This document shows positions 34,880-44,505 of a stretch of 44,840 bases of DNA, in pieces. The notes beneath the pieces are model-generated. The model saw nothing but the letters and a program-made list of their open reading frames with translations. It ran no database searches and was not told where the DNA came from. Position 1 is the first letter of the stretch. Each line of letters starts with the position of its first letter. The stretch lies in UHGV virus genome UHGV-0716684; one strand, 5' to 3'. The DNA is from a virus. The position numbers and the translations under genes are program-made.

Positions 34880-37425
34880 TCCTGCACTACTCGCGAAACG
34901 CTGATGGCGCTTTCGACCGTACAAAACACGTCGGGATGCCGATGGAGTTTGTTGTTAGCCGTATTCCGGACGGTGTGCCTGTGCGCGTCTACCTCGGCGA
35001 GATTGGCGATGATACTGATGTTACAGACGACTTCGAAGCGCTTAAAGACGAAGACGCCGTGTACCATATTATTGAGGGTGCGGGTAGCGGGGCGCTTGGT
35101 GCAGTTAGTAAGGTATTTGGTTTTATCCTTAAGCCAATCGCTAAGTTGTTTGGCCTGAACATGTCCGCAAACGCCAACTATACGGCGACTAACAACCAGA
35201 CAACATCGCCAAATAACAGCCTCACGGACCGCTCAAACAAACCACGCCCTTACGAGCGCTCTTATGACATCTGCGGGACTGTGCAGACAATCCCTAACGA
35301 CCTTATGCAGACGTATAAAGCGTTCAACTCCACTGGTGCTTTGCTGGAGTATTCGTACTACGACGCCGGGCGCGGACATCTGTATATTGAGGCCGATGGC
35401 GTCACGGAAGGCGACACCCTGATAAGCGACATCACAGGTTCCTCTGTTGCCGTGTACGCGCCGTATACGTCACCGAACAACACCACATCGCCGCAGGTAC
35501 AAATCGGCGACGTCATTGATCAGAAGCTCTATGTGACGTACTCCAATGACGACGTTGACGGTATTGTGCTCAAAGCGCCAAACGACATTGGGGCTAACCC
35601 AAGCTCCGGTGGAACCGCCAAACGTACTTCGACCACCGGCTACATCTATGACCCGTCGGGCGACTCTGCTTTTTCTGAGTTTCTTAGCGTCGGTGATGTC
35701 GCGGTGCTGAGCAACTTTGACGTTGCTGATGTCACTAACCTGAACGGCTCGTTTGAGGTTTTATACGTTGATGACTTCGAAGTAAGATTAGCGGTAAACG
35801 GTGCGTCTAACTGGGCGGCGTTGACCAGCGGGCAGACGTACGCCCTAACAGAGCGTTCAGATACGTTTATCGGCCCGAGCGACACCTATGACGTATCCCT
35901 GACAGACTGGTATTACATGGTGCGCGGAGAAGTTGACCGGGTGCTTGCGAACGTTGCCGGGCAGAACGGCATCTACAAATACGACGGCGGCTATAACCGC
36001 ACCAGCGTAACGGTGGAACTCCAGTACCAGATGATTGACTCTCAGCGTAACCCGTTGAGCGATATTTACACGGTACAGGCTACGATTACTGGTAATAGCA
36101 CGGATTACGTTGGTACGTCTATCTACGGGCAGTTGCCGACCGCGTCTCGTTTCCGCGCCCGTATGCGCCGTATAACGAATTTTGATAAGGACTATGACGG
36201 AACGGTAAGCGACGAGATAACATTCATTAACCTGTATGGGCAGTCTCTGGACACCACTCCACACTACGGCAACCGAACTACCGTACATTGCGCCCGTAAA
36301 CAGACGCCGCGGGCCGCCAGTATCGATAACCCTGAACTGCGCATGATTGCGACCGAGATGTGCTACAAATACCTCGGCAATGGGGTATTCGATACAGTAA
36401 TGACACCGAACACGCAAGCCGTACAATCTCTAATTCGACTGGCGCGCGACCCCGCAGTAGGCAATCTGGAACTGACAACGGCAAACATGGACAAGTTACT
36501 TGCTGTGCAGGAAGAAATTGAGTCCTATTTCGGAAGTGAATTAGCAGGGCAATTCTGCTACACGTTCGACGACTATGACACAACCATGCAGGACATCGTC
36601 CAGACCATAGCGGAAGCCGTTTTCTGTACTGCGTACCGTAAAGGTGCGGATATTATGCTGCGATTCGACCGTCCTGTCGCGGGGCCTGAAATGGTGTTCA
36701 CCCACCGCAGCAAAACTACCGGTACTGAGAAATGGACCCGCACGTTCAACGATTCGACAACCTACGATAGCCTGTCGTTCTCATACATCGACCCGGATAC
36801 GAACGTACAGGAAACTATTTATATCCCGGAAGAACTAGGGGCAAACACCGAGGAATACGAATCGAAGGGCGTGCGCAACTATCAGCAAGCGTACTGGCTG
36901 GCGTGGCGTCGCTACCAGCGCAATGCGTTAAGTAAAGTTGTCGTAGAGTTTGAAGCTACCGAAGAAGGTGCGCTCGCTACCCCAGGCGGTGTAATCAGCG
37001 TAGTTAAAGGCTCGCGTATTGCGCCACAGGACGGCTATGTTGCTGCCGTTAATGGGCTTACGCTGACACTGTCACAGCCGGTTGCGTTTACTCCGGGTGA
37101 TGACCACTCCATCATCCTCAAGAAGCGCGATGGCTCTGTACAGAGTATCTCCGTTATCAAAGGAAGCCACGACCGCGAAGTGATTATGCTCTCCGCGCCG
37201 GAAGAAGCAATCTACACGGGGAATAGCGCACTAAAAACTGAGTTTTCATTCGGCAACGAAGCAAGGCATAATGCTCAGAAGATAGTTGTTTCTTCAATCG
37301 ACCCCGGCGACGACCGCACGGTCAAGATTACAGGCTACAACTATGACGACGGATTCTATAAATACGACGGCGTCGCGCCATACGGCAGCGGTTTCTCCGA
37401 CGGATTCAGCAATGGTTTTAATTAA
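34870..37425 (+). CDS. tail tip / host specificity protein (gpJ-like)
   Basis: 851 aa ORF after the M/L/K-like genes; start uncertain (TTG 34870 or ATG 34936). Confidence 0.6.
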   Translation: MAIILHYSRNADGAFDRTKHVGMPMEFVVSRIPDGVPVRVYLGEIGDDTDVTDDFEALKDEDAVYHIIEGAGSGALGAVSKVFGFILKPIAKLFGLNMSANANYTATNNQTTSPNNSLTDRSNKPRPYERSYDICGTVQTIPNDLMQTYKAFNSTGALLEYSYYDAGRGHLYIEADGVTEGDTLISDITGSSVAVYAPYTSPNNTTSPQVQIGDVIDQKLYVTYSNDDVDGIVLKAPNDIGANPSSGGTAKRTSTTGYIYDPSGDSAFSEFLSVGDVAVLSNFDVADVTNLNGSFEVLYVDDFEVRLAVNGASNWAALTSGQTYALTERSDTFIGPSDTYDVSLTDWYYMVRGEVDRVLANVAGQNGIYKYDGGYNRTSVTVELQYQMIDSQRNPLSDIYTVQATITGNSTDYVGTSIYGQLPTASRFRARMRRITNFDKDYDGTVSDEITFINLYGQSLDTTPHYGNRTTVHCARKQTPRAASIDNPELRMIATEMCYKYLGNGVFDTVMTPNTQAVQSLIRLARDPAVGNLELTTANMDKLLAVQEEIESYFGSELAGQFCYTFDDYDTTMQDIVQTIAEAVFCTAYRKGADIMLRFDRPVAGPEMVFTHRSKTTGTEKWTRTFNDSTTYDSLSFSYIDPDTNVQETIYIPEELGANTEEYESKGVRNYQQAYWLAWRRYQRNALSKVVVEFEATEEGALATPGGVISVVKGSRIAPQDGYVAAVNGLTLTLSQPVAFTPGDDHSIILKKRDGSVQSISVIKGSHDREVIMLSAPEEAIYTGNSALKTEFSFGNEARHNAQKIVVSSIDPGDDRTVKITGYNYDDGFYKYDGVAPYGSGFSDGFSNGFN

Positions 37426-37437
37426 AGAGGACTCTAT

Positions 37438-39390
37438 ATGTCAAGCGGATGCGGTGACGTTTTAAGCCTGGTGGATTTACAGACCGCCAAGAAACACCAA
37501 ATTTTTGAAGCCGAGGTTATCACCGGCAAATCCGGCGGTGTTGCTACTGGTGCTGATATTGATTATGCAACAAATCAGGTTACCGGACAGACACAGAAGA
37601 CGTTACCCGCCGTGTTGCGTGGCGCGGGATTTTCTCCCGTGTCGTGGGACTTTTCTACAGGCGGGACATTAACAGTTAATGACCGAGACAAAGTGGTGTA
37701 TGACCCTGTAAGCAAGACGTGGTACTCGTATACCGGGACTCTGCCGGTTGTTGTCCCCGCATCGTTTAACCCGGTTGGTAACGCTAACTGGAAGCCGCAG
37801 ACTGACCCGGATTTGCGCAATGAGCTAGCAGATCTATCCGGCGCATCTTTGGTGGGATTCAATTCTGGGTATTCCGATTCGGTTTCACTCACCGTAATGG
37901 ATAAACTCAAACAGGAGATTAACGTTGATGATTTTGGCGCATACGGTGACGCCTACCTGGTAAACGGAAGCCCAAACCCTAGTCGCCATGACGACACATC
38001 GGCGTTTCAGGCGGCTATAGTCGCCGCGTGGCGCGCGGGTGGTGTTAAAGTTGTTGCTACTCCGTGGAAAAGCTACTACATCGCCGGTAAAGTTTATGTG
38101 TTGGCTTCAGAATCTCCATCTGACATTGAAGCAACTAATTTCCCTAAGCGTAGGATGCAAGTGATCGATTTTCAGGGCGCTCGTATCGTAGGGCGTGACG
38201 ACACTTCTGACACAACTAACGTGTTCATTGAGACTGGCTATATAACTTCTACTGGCACTATCTCTTCGGTTTTTGGAAAATCTGGTGAAGAGTATCTAAC
38301 TATAGGGACAACAATTCGCAATGCTACACTGATTAATTTCTATCAAGGCTTTCGTCTGCGGGACCATGTATTTGGCTGCGAAGTTACAGATATTGTTGGT
38401 GTAAACGTCCAGCAGTTGATTTACACTCAGCGCTGTTTTTACTCCATGTTCAGGAACCTACAGTGTAACGGTACATACACTAACGGCTTGCACCGTTACC
38501 ACTTTACCGATGAATGTAACATTCAGCCATTAGTATCAGTTCATACAGGCCAGTGTGATGTCGGCATTAAGTTCGAAGGGGCTGTTGAAGCTCTTACGCT
38601 GTTCAACTGCGGCATTGAAAGTTTTCGTACCCATGGCGTTTGGATTGCAGGAGCATATAACATCAAGTTTGATTCATGCTACATAGAGTCAGACGAAAGT
38701 GGTGTATATGGCGTCATAGCAACGAGCGCCAATAATATCACTATGGATAACTGTTGGATTTACGGCAGTAGTATGAAAATGTTTGGCGCATTTGACGATA
38801 ATACTAACGTGCGTATTCTTCCTAATAACCGTATTGGGGGAGGGGCCGTTTGGTGGAACCTTAACGAAGGGTCGCCGTACAACCTTTCTGACATTCACTG
38901 GCAAACAGATATAAAACCCGGCGGTACAACACTACCCGCTGCATCCGCTAAAGAGGCCAGCACAGTAGACCAGACTATAGTCTTCTACCACCCGGATTTA
39001 GGACTTAGTTCAGTTGTAGGGAAAGCCAAGCAGACCAGTAAATACCACCCGCAGCTTGTTAACGGGAAGATGAGCAATGGTAGCTCCGCAGGGTACACAG
39101 TTGGCGCGAGCGTCTCTACAGAGATTTCTGGCTCAGACACCCGAGCAAAATGGACAACACAGATTCAATACTCAGATACCCAATTACTGTTCCTCGCCCT
39201 TAAAATAGACCATAACTTGGGGACATGGTTTTGGCTCGGGCATGTAGCCGGTGGGACCGCGGTGGCGCTTTCTACATCCGATGTATCGAAGCCGCCGGTG
39301 GTGAGCAACGAAAATGGCTTCGTTGTGGTAAAAAGTCCTTATTTGGCTACTCCTGTCGCCATACACGGCGGGGAAATACGCATACTCTAA
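37438..39390 (+). CDS. tailspike / tail fibre, candidate receptor-binding depolymerase with beta-helix-like body
   Basis: 650 aa; N-terminal anchor-like domain, then repeated Asn/Cys-containing rungs (NCGIESF, DSCYIESD, MDNCWIYG); last structural gene. Confidence 0.65.
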   Translation: MSSGCGDVLSLVDLQTAKKHQIFEAEVITGKSGGVATGADIDYATNQVTGQTQKTLPAVLRGAGFSPVSWDFSTGGTLTVNDRDKVVYDPVSKTWYSYTGTLPVVVPASFNPVGNANWKPQTDPDLRNELADLSGASLVGFNSGYSDSVSLTVMDKLKQEINVDDFGAYGDAYLVNGSPNPSRHDDTSAFQAAIVAAWRAGGVKVVATPWKSYYIAGKVYVLASESPSDIEATNFPKRRMQVIDFQGARIVGRDDTSDTTNVFIETGYITSTGTISSVFGKSGEEYLTIGTTIRNATLINFYQGFRLRDHVFGCEVTDIVGVNVQQLIYTQRCFYSMFRNLQCNGTYTNGLHRYHFTDECNIQPLVSVHTGQCDVGIKFEGAVEALTLFNCGIESFRTHGVWIAGAYNIKFDSCYIESDESGVYGVIATSANNITMDNCWIYGSSMKMFGAFDDNTNVRILPNNRIGGGAVWWNLNEGSPYNLSDIHWQTDIKPGGTTLPAASAKEASTVDQTIVFYHPDLGLSSVVGKAKQTSKYHPQLVNGKMSNGSSAGYTVGASVSTEISGSDTRAKWTTQIQYSDTQLLFLALKIDHNLGTWFWLGHVAGGTAVALSTSDVSKPPVVSNENGFVVVKSPYLATPVAIHGGEIRIL

Positions 39391-39395
39391 AAACT

Positions 39396-39419
39396 AAGGC
39401 CCCGAAAGGGGCCTTTTCT
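39396..39419. terminator. conserved bidirectional terminator hairpin aaggccccgaaaggggcctt
   Basis: Identical to hairpins at 19794 and 27155; between convergent genes. Confidence 0.65.
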
Positions 39420-39557
39420 CTACTCTTCTGATAACTTCTCCAGTACAAACGCCAGTTGCGCATTAGCGGCATCTCTCTGCTGGCGTAGACGTAGAACCTC
39501 TTCTTCGAGTTCCTTGATACGTTTTTGCAATGCCGGAATCGGGGCTATGATGTTCAT
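39420..39557 (-). CDS. small coiled-coil protein (45 aa)
   Basis: Hand-translated MNIIAPIPALQKRIKELEEEVLRLRQQ...; ATGA overlap with helicase stop. Confidence 0.35.
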   Translation of the reverse strand: MNIIAPIPALQKRIKELEEEVLRLRQQRDAANAQLAFVLEKLSEE

Positions 39558-40978
39558 TTCTTACCTCGTCTCTTCATGTAATTAAGCAATTCTTCCTGCA
39601 CCGATTTCTTCTCGTCTGTACGCGCGGCAACAACCTCGTCCAGCGTGTCTTTAGCAACGATGTGATAGAGGAACACCGGCCGCTCGCGCCCTGCCTGTTT
39701 CTGGCGGACCGGGCCTATACGCTCGACAACCTGCAAATAGTGCTCAAGGTTCCAGCCTTGCGAGATGAATGCCAGATGATGCCCGCCGTCCTGTAAATTC
39801 AAACCATGCCCGGCTGACGCAGGATGCACGCATAAGATTTCGATTTCCCCTCGGTTCCATGCTTCCATCTGCTTATTGCCCTTAGCGCCTTTGGCAAACG
39901 CCTGGGCCTGCGGGAATCGCTTAAGGATGCGCTCCAGTTCGTGCTTAAACTGATAGGCCACCAATAACGGAGCGCCCTGTAACTCCTCAACAATCGACTC
40001 AAGCGCATCCAGTTTCGTGTCGTGAACTTTCTCCCAGTCTTTGGTTGCTTCTCCGTCTGGCCCCGATACATACACGGCACCGGATGCAATCTGTAGGCAC
40101 TTCGACGTCTTCGCCGCAGCGTTAGCCGCTTCCACTTCCCCGCTCTCCAGTTCTGCGAATAGCTTCTCCTCCATATCGATGTACGCCTGACGCGCCTTCT
40201 TCGGTAGGTCGATTTCAACCGGTACAATAATCGGCGCTTCACAACCAAACCACTCGGCCGCGTCAATCGTGAGACTAATGTCTTTCATCTTCTGATGAAT
40301 CTCATTATCTGCGCCAGGGCGGGCGTGGTATTCACGTGCCATCGCCGATTTGCCCTTCTGTACCGAGTTAAACCAGCGGTCTGTGAATGCTGTGTATGAA
40401 GAACCGAGGCGCTCTCCAGCGTCGATAAACCAGTTCTGACCCCACAAGTCCTTAAGGCCGTTCGGTGACGGTGTACCGGTAAGGTTAATGAAACGCTTAA
40501 CCTTACCGAACGCCACTTTGCTTAACGCCTTTGCTCTCTTACTACCGCCAGAACGACTACGGAATGATTTCAACTTCGTGCTTTCATCGGCGACGATAAC
40601 CGTAAAAGGCCAGTCGTCTTTGCCGTAGTAGTCGATAAGCCACTCGATAACTTCGTAGTTGGTGCACACCACGTTAGCGTCTGACTCCAGCGCCGCGATG
40701 CGGCGCTTCTCTGAACCGGTCGCATCGACGACACGCAGACAAGGGAAGTTCCATTTCTCTTGTTCTGCAGGCCATGTACCTGACGCAACACGCAACGGCG
40801 CGAGGATTAACACGCGGTCATCATCATTAAGTTGGCCGTTGCGGAACAGTCTGTTTAACGCCCACAGTACGCTGCCAGTCTTACCCGCACCCATGCTCGC
40901 CCATATGTTACAGCGATGGTGCCGCAGCATGAACGAGGTCATAAGCTTCTGGTACTCGCGCCTTTGAAACTTACTCAT
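39554..40978 (-). CDS. superfamily II DNA helicase (SNF2/RAD54-like)
   Basis: 474 aa; Walker A GAGKTG, DEST box (VADESTKLK), motif III LTGTP. Confidence 0.8.
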   Translation of the reverse strand: MSKFQRREYQKLMTSFMLRHHRCNIWASMGAGKTGSVLWALNRLFRNGQLNDDDRVLILAPLRVASGTWPAEQEKWNFPCLRVVDATGSEKRRIAALESDANVVCTNYEVIEWLIDYYGKDDWPFTVIVADESTKLKSFRSRSGGSKRAKALSKVAFGKVKRFINLTGTPSPNGLKDLWGQNWFIDAGERLGSSYTAFTDRWFNSVQKGKSAMAREYHARPGADNEIHQKMKDISLTIDAAEWFGCEAPIIVPVEIDLPKKARQAYIDMEEKLFAELESGEVEAANAAAKTSKCLQIASGAVYVSGPDGEATKDWEKVHDTKLDALESIVEELQGAPLLVAYQFKHELERILKRFPQAQAFAKGAKGNKQMEAWNRGEIEILCVHPASAGHGLNLQDGGHHLAFISQGWNLEHYLQVVERIGPVRQKQAGRERPVFLYHIVAKDTLDEVVAARTDEKKSVQEELLNYMKRRGKK

Positions 40979-41465
40979 TGGGTCGTATTCCTTTGTCTAA
41001 TGTTTCAAGTGCCGATACCCTGGCGGCTATTGCTTCTTCTCTTGTAGAGTAATAGCCTAAATGCTTCTTTATTCCGTCAATAGTCATATACGCGGCCCAT
41101 TTATTATGCGACTCTCGCCACCTAACGCCAGGAAAGCCGCTTTTATTACTCGACCTAATTTTCTGCCATCCAGCTTTTGCGACGTTACCTTGTTGTGTCA
41201 CTAACTGTAGATTTTCCAATCGGTTATCATCGTACACGCCATTTATGTGGTCAATTTGCATTCCTTCTGGAATCTTGCCGTTGTGCATCTCCCAGACTAT
41301 TCTATGCGCTTGGTATATTTTACCTTTGAACTTAATACGCCTATGACCCTTGTTTACCGAGCTTCCTGCTGTACTGCCTACCGATACTCTCGGCCCCGGT
41401 CTTACTCGCCAAATGAGGGTGCCGTTGTCGTAGGTGAATATCCTTCCCCATGCTATTTCACACAT
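40971..41465 (-). CDS. HNH homing endonuclease with AP2 DNA-binding domain (paralog of 27587-28087)
   Basis: HNH_3 motif QIDHINGVYDDNRLENLQLVTQQGN; AP2-like SGFPGVRWRESHNKWAAYMTIDGIKKHLGYY. Confidence 0.75.
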   Translation of the reverse strand: MCEIAWGRIFTYDNGTLIWRVRPGPRVSVGSTAGSSVNKGHRRIKFKGKIYQAHRIVWEMHNGKIPEGMQIDHINGVYDDNRLENLQLVTQQGNVAKAGWQKIRSSNKSGFPGVRWRESHNKWAAYMTIDGIKKHLGYYSTREEAIAARVSALETLDKGIRPNE

Positions 41466-41644
41466 AATACTAATTCCTTACGCCCAAACGCTGTAACGTT
41501 ACCAGTTACATCTTCGATAACCAGTTTACCGTTCGACTCGACGAACACCGTATCAACGGCAACAGGCTGGCGTGTCTTAACGTTGAAAATCATGTCGCCA
41601 GGTACGATGTCACGTGCTGGTTTGCGGTCATATTCGTGTTTCAT
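41453..41644 (-). CDS. hypothetical protein
   Basis: 63 aa ORF downstream of promoter at 41677-41705. Confidence 0.45.
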   Translation of the reverse strand: MKHEYDRKPARDIVPGDMIFNVKTRQPVAVDTVFVESNGKLVIEDVTGNVTAFGRKELVLCVK

Positions 41645-41674
41645 TTCTCAATTCCTTATATTGTTGGTGTAGGA

Positions 41675-41959
41675 CTAACTATAATAGTTAGCTATTAGGT
41701 CGTCAACCTGTTTAAACGAACCTACGACAAAAACATTCGCGCCACGTTTACGCATCCGCTCGTGCTCTCGTAGTTGGTGCGGGTCTGGCTTCGTATTTTC
41801 GTCTTTCTTCACCTCTACGAACCAGATGATGCCACCGGGGAGAATTACCAGCAGGTCAGGAGCACCCGAACGTCCTTCGTAGGAGAGCTTACGAACGAGG
41901 CCCCCCAGGGCCTCGAATCGGTCTTTTGCGTATTTCTGAATCTTGCCTTCCGGGGTCAT
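41675..41959 (-). CDS. VRR-NUC domain nuclease
   Basis: 94 aa; PDLLVILPGGIIWFVEVKK core typical of VRR-NUC / PD-(D/E)XK. Confidence 0.65.
   Translation of the reverse strand: MTPEGKIQKYAKDRFEALGGLVRKLSYEGRSGAPDLLVILPGGIIWFVEVKKDENTKPDPHQLREHERMRKRGANVFVVGSFKQVDDLIANYYS
41677..41705 (-). promoter_or_regulatory. sigma70-like promoter TTGACG-N17-TATAGT with AATAG-N4-CTATT palindrome
   Basis: Reverse complement TTGACGacctaatagctaactatTATAGT; overlaps a 17-bp perfect palindrome ctaactataatagttag. Confidence 0.45.
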
Positions 41960-42108
41960 GAGCGCAGAATCCAGGTAAGGAAAGCCCCGCCTAGAACGGC
42001 AACACCGACAAACTTAAAGAACAGGCCATAACAGAACATCGCAGCTATTCCAGCGCCGAATAACAGTGCGAGCATGGTTACTATCGCCCAAAATACAAAC
42101 ATTGTCAT
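41956..42108 (-). CDS. tiny hydrophobic membrane protein (about 50 aa)
   Basis: Hand-translated MTMFVFWAIVTMLALLFGAGIAAMFCYGLFFKFVG...; ATGA overlap with VRR-NUC start. Confidence 0.3.
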   Translation of the reverse strand: MTMFVFWAIVTMLALLFGAGIAAMFCYGLFFKFVGVAVLGGAFLTWILRS

Positions 42109-42190
42109 AATACGCACCCCTCACGTTTCGTGTGCTCAATCCCGCAGCGCGGGCAGATTCGACAGTCTTCTTCGTAGAACCAGTAAATTT

Positions 42191-42322
42191 TCATTCCAGC
42201 ACCCACAGATAAATTGCGATGAACATACCAAATATGGCAACCATCATGCCGTATTGACCCTCGTGACAGTAGACACCGGCGGCGAATCCCGCCAGTACCG
42301 CGATACTCAGTTTACTTGGCAT
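42191..42322 (-). CDS. tiny hydrophobic membrane protein (44 aa)
   Basis: Hand-translated MPSKLSIAVLAGFAAGVYCHEGQYGMMVAIFGMFIAIYLWVLE; overlaps the DNA polymerase 3-prime end. Confidence 0.3.
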   Translation of the reverse strand: MPSKLSIAVLAGFAAGVYCHEGQYGMMVAIFGMFIAIYLWVLE

Positions 42323-44492
42323 AACGCTTCATCTCCGCACCTTCTGCTACAAGAGGGAACCCCTCCGCCCATTCAGGTAATTCGCACATCAACCGCTCAA
42401 GCTCTGCAACATTGTATTCCGGTAAATCTGGTGTCTCGCAGATAATCTCATCGTGAACATGAAGCACAATCGGGTAGCCGTTTGCTTCGACGTTCAGCAG
42501 CGCATTAGCCAGCAAATCACGGCACAGCGCCTGTGTGCAGTTTTCCACGAGTTTACCGGAATATGTGTACTGGAAGCCCCACTGACGGGTTAACTGATTT
42601 TCTCCCTGGTACTTTATGCGCACGTTAGTAGACACCTTCCCATCTTCGTCTGTCTCTTTCGATACGCTCAACCCTACGCCTGGGTAAGACATAACGCGGC
42701 CCGACGGCAACGTCATGCGCAGCCACCAACCGGCGACTTTGTTGCTGTTGTTGTCTGTCTCTACGTTGCGCGAAAACTTAACTCCCCGCGGCCCCGCGGT
42801 GAACTCTTTGCCCGGATTGCGGATAGCCGCCATAGCCGCATCTTCAATATCACGCCAGAAAGCTACTGTTTCCGGGTGTGACTCACGCCACATACGCTTG
42901 ATAGCGTCGCAGGTACGCCACACTTTCTTATCAAGAATATAAGATGGTCGGTCATCTTTTTCACCAGGACGTGGCGGTCGCTTGGCTTCCTGAATACGCG
43001 CCCACTCATATCCACGTGCGGTAGCAGCCCAGATGTGGTCGGGGAAAGTCCCGTCCATTGTTTTTGCCATATCAACAAGGTCAAGGCCGAGGTTTTTGGC
43101 GAACTGTACGAATGCGCCGACACCACCCGCGTAGCCAAGTCCCAGTTCGCAGGCCTTACCAATCTGGCGTAAGTCTTTACGTTCTTTCTTAATGTAATCC
43201 GACTCCATGCCAAACATCTTGCCTGCGGTTACGCAGTAAATATCCAGCCCGGCACGGAACGTATCAAGCGCGGTTTCTTCGCCAGCCAGCCACGCCAAAC
43301 CGCGGCCTTCAACGTTAGAGTAATCGGCGACGACAAACTTATGCCCGGCTTCAGGTATAATGCAGCTGCGCACCGTCGATGCCGTTAGTTTGGCTACATC
43401 GAAACGGCGGTGCGCACGGCCTTTAAGTAACGCAGAAATGCCTTTATCCAGTTCGTCGTCGTGATAGTACCCGCGAGCCAGGTTCTGCGGCTGGAAGCCT
43501 TTACCCGCAAATCGTAACGTACGTTTAGCTCCACCATACTGGATGCAACCGCGACGGCGGTCGTCAGACGAGCGGCCTAACAGCAGCGGGTTATATTTCG
43601 TTGACGCAGTGGATGCCGCCCCGAGGCGCATTTCGATAATCGTGCGGGCGTCGTCCGGTAAATCATCATCCGCCAACAGGTCATTTAGCGTCGACTTCTG
43701 CGCGTTGTGGATTCGGTGCGCTGGCGCAAGTTCACGCAGAATAGGAAGGAAGTCTTTACCAGTAAGCGAGCCGCCGTATTTACGTTGGGCTTCTTCCTGC
43801 AACTGCGCTTTGTGTTTCTCTACCGCTTCAATCGCGGCTTCCGCCAACGCAACGTCGACCTTAAACCCGCGGTCGTTGATTAACTGGTCCAGTTCCAGTA
43901 CACGGTCCTCAAACTCCGAGTTACCCCACCGCGGTAGCTTATGGAACACTTCACGCATCGCGGTGATGTCGCTAACTGCGTACTTGATGAACAGCGCCCA
44001 CTCGTCAGGGTGCGTTTCGGCGGTATAGCGGCGAATTTTGTAGTTCTTCGGTGTCGGTTTAGAGAAACGCTGAATCAGCGCCTTACCGCGTTTGTCTTTT
44101 GCGTTGTCAGCAGATACGCCCAGCACTTCGCACAGCGCATCGAGCGAACCCGGCAGCGCGTGACGAAACGCCCAAATCATCGTATCAATGGTGTTGCTTA
44201 CCGGAATGTCAAAACCCCAGCAGTGTTTCATGACGAGCCTATCGAACATTGAGCCGTTGTGCCACACCATCTTAACGCGGCTGTTCGGCTTAACCAGGCG
44301 GCGTAACGCGCGATACAAATCGCCCGGCATATCGCTGCCGTCGGTGCAATCCCATACCTGTACAGGCTGGTCGTTAAAAGCATATGTACAGATTAGCACT
44401 TCGGTAGTTGGATGTTCGGCGTAAGCGTAGGAACCGACTTTCTTCAAATCGGCTTCGGAGAATGTTTCAAAGTCTAAGAACAGGTAACTCAT
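42312..44492 (-). CDS. family A DNA polymerase with 3-prime to 5-prime exonuclease domain
   Basis: 726 aa; Exo I DFETFS, motif A DYSNVEGRGLAWL, motif B KACELGLGYAGG, motif C HVHDEIICE. Confidence 0.9.
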   Translation of the reverse strand: MSYLFLDFETFSEADLKKVGSYAYAEHPTTEVLICTYAFNDQPVQVWDCTDGSDMPGDLYRALRRLVKPNSRVKMVWHNGSMFDRLVMKHCWGFDIPVSNTIDTMIWAFRHALPGSLDALCEVLGVSADNAKDKRGKALIQRFSKPTPKNYKIRRYTAETHPDEWALFIKYAVSDITAMREVFHKLPRWGNSEFEDRVLELDQLINDRGFKVDVALAEAAIEAVEKHKAQLQEEAQRKYGGSLTGKDFLPILRELAPAHRIHNAQKSTLNDLLADDDLPDDARTIIEMRLGAASTASTKYNPLLLGRSSDDRRRGCIQYGGAKRTLRFAGKGFQPQNLARGYYHDDELDKGISALLKGRAHRRFDVAKLTASTVRSCIIPEAGHKFVVADYSNVEGRGLAWLAGEETALDTFRAGLDIYCVTAGKMFGMESDYIKKERKDLRQIGKACELGLGYAGGVGAFVQFAKNLGLDLVDMAKTMDGTFPDHIWAATARGYEWARIQEAKRPPRPGEKDDRPSYILDKKVWRTCDAIKRMWRESHPETVAFWRDIEDAAMAAIRNPGKEFTAGPRGVKFSRNVETDNNSNKVAGWWLRMTLPSGRVMSYPGVGLSVSKETDEDGKVSTNVRIKYQGENQLTRQWGFQYTYSGKLVENCTQALCRDLLANALLNVEANGYPIVLHVHDEIICETPDLPEYNVAELERLMCELPEWAEGFPLVAEGAEMKRYAK

Positions 44493-44505
44493 TATTTTCG
44501 ACCCT

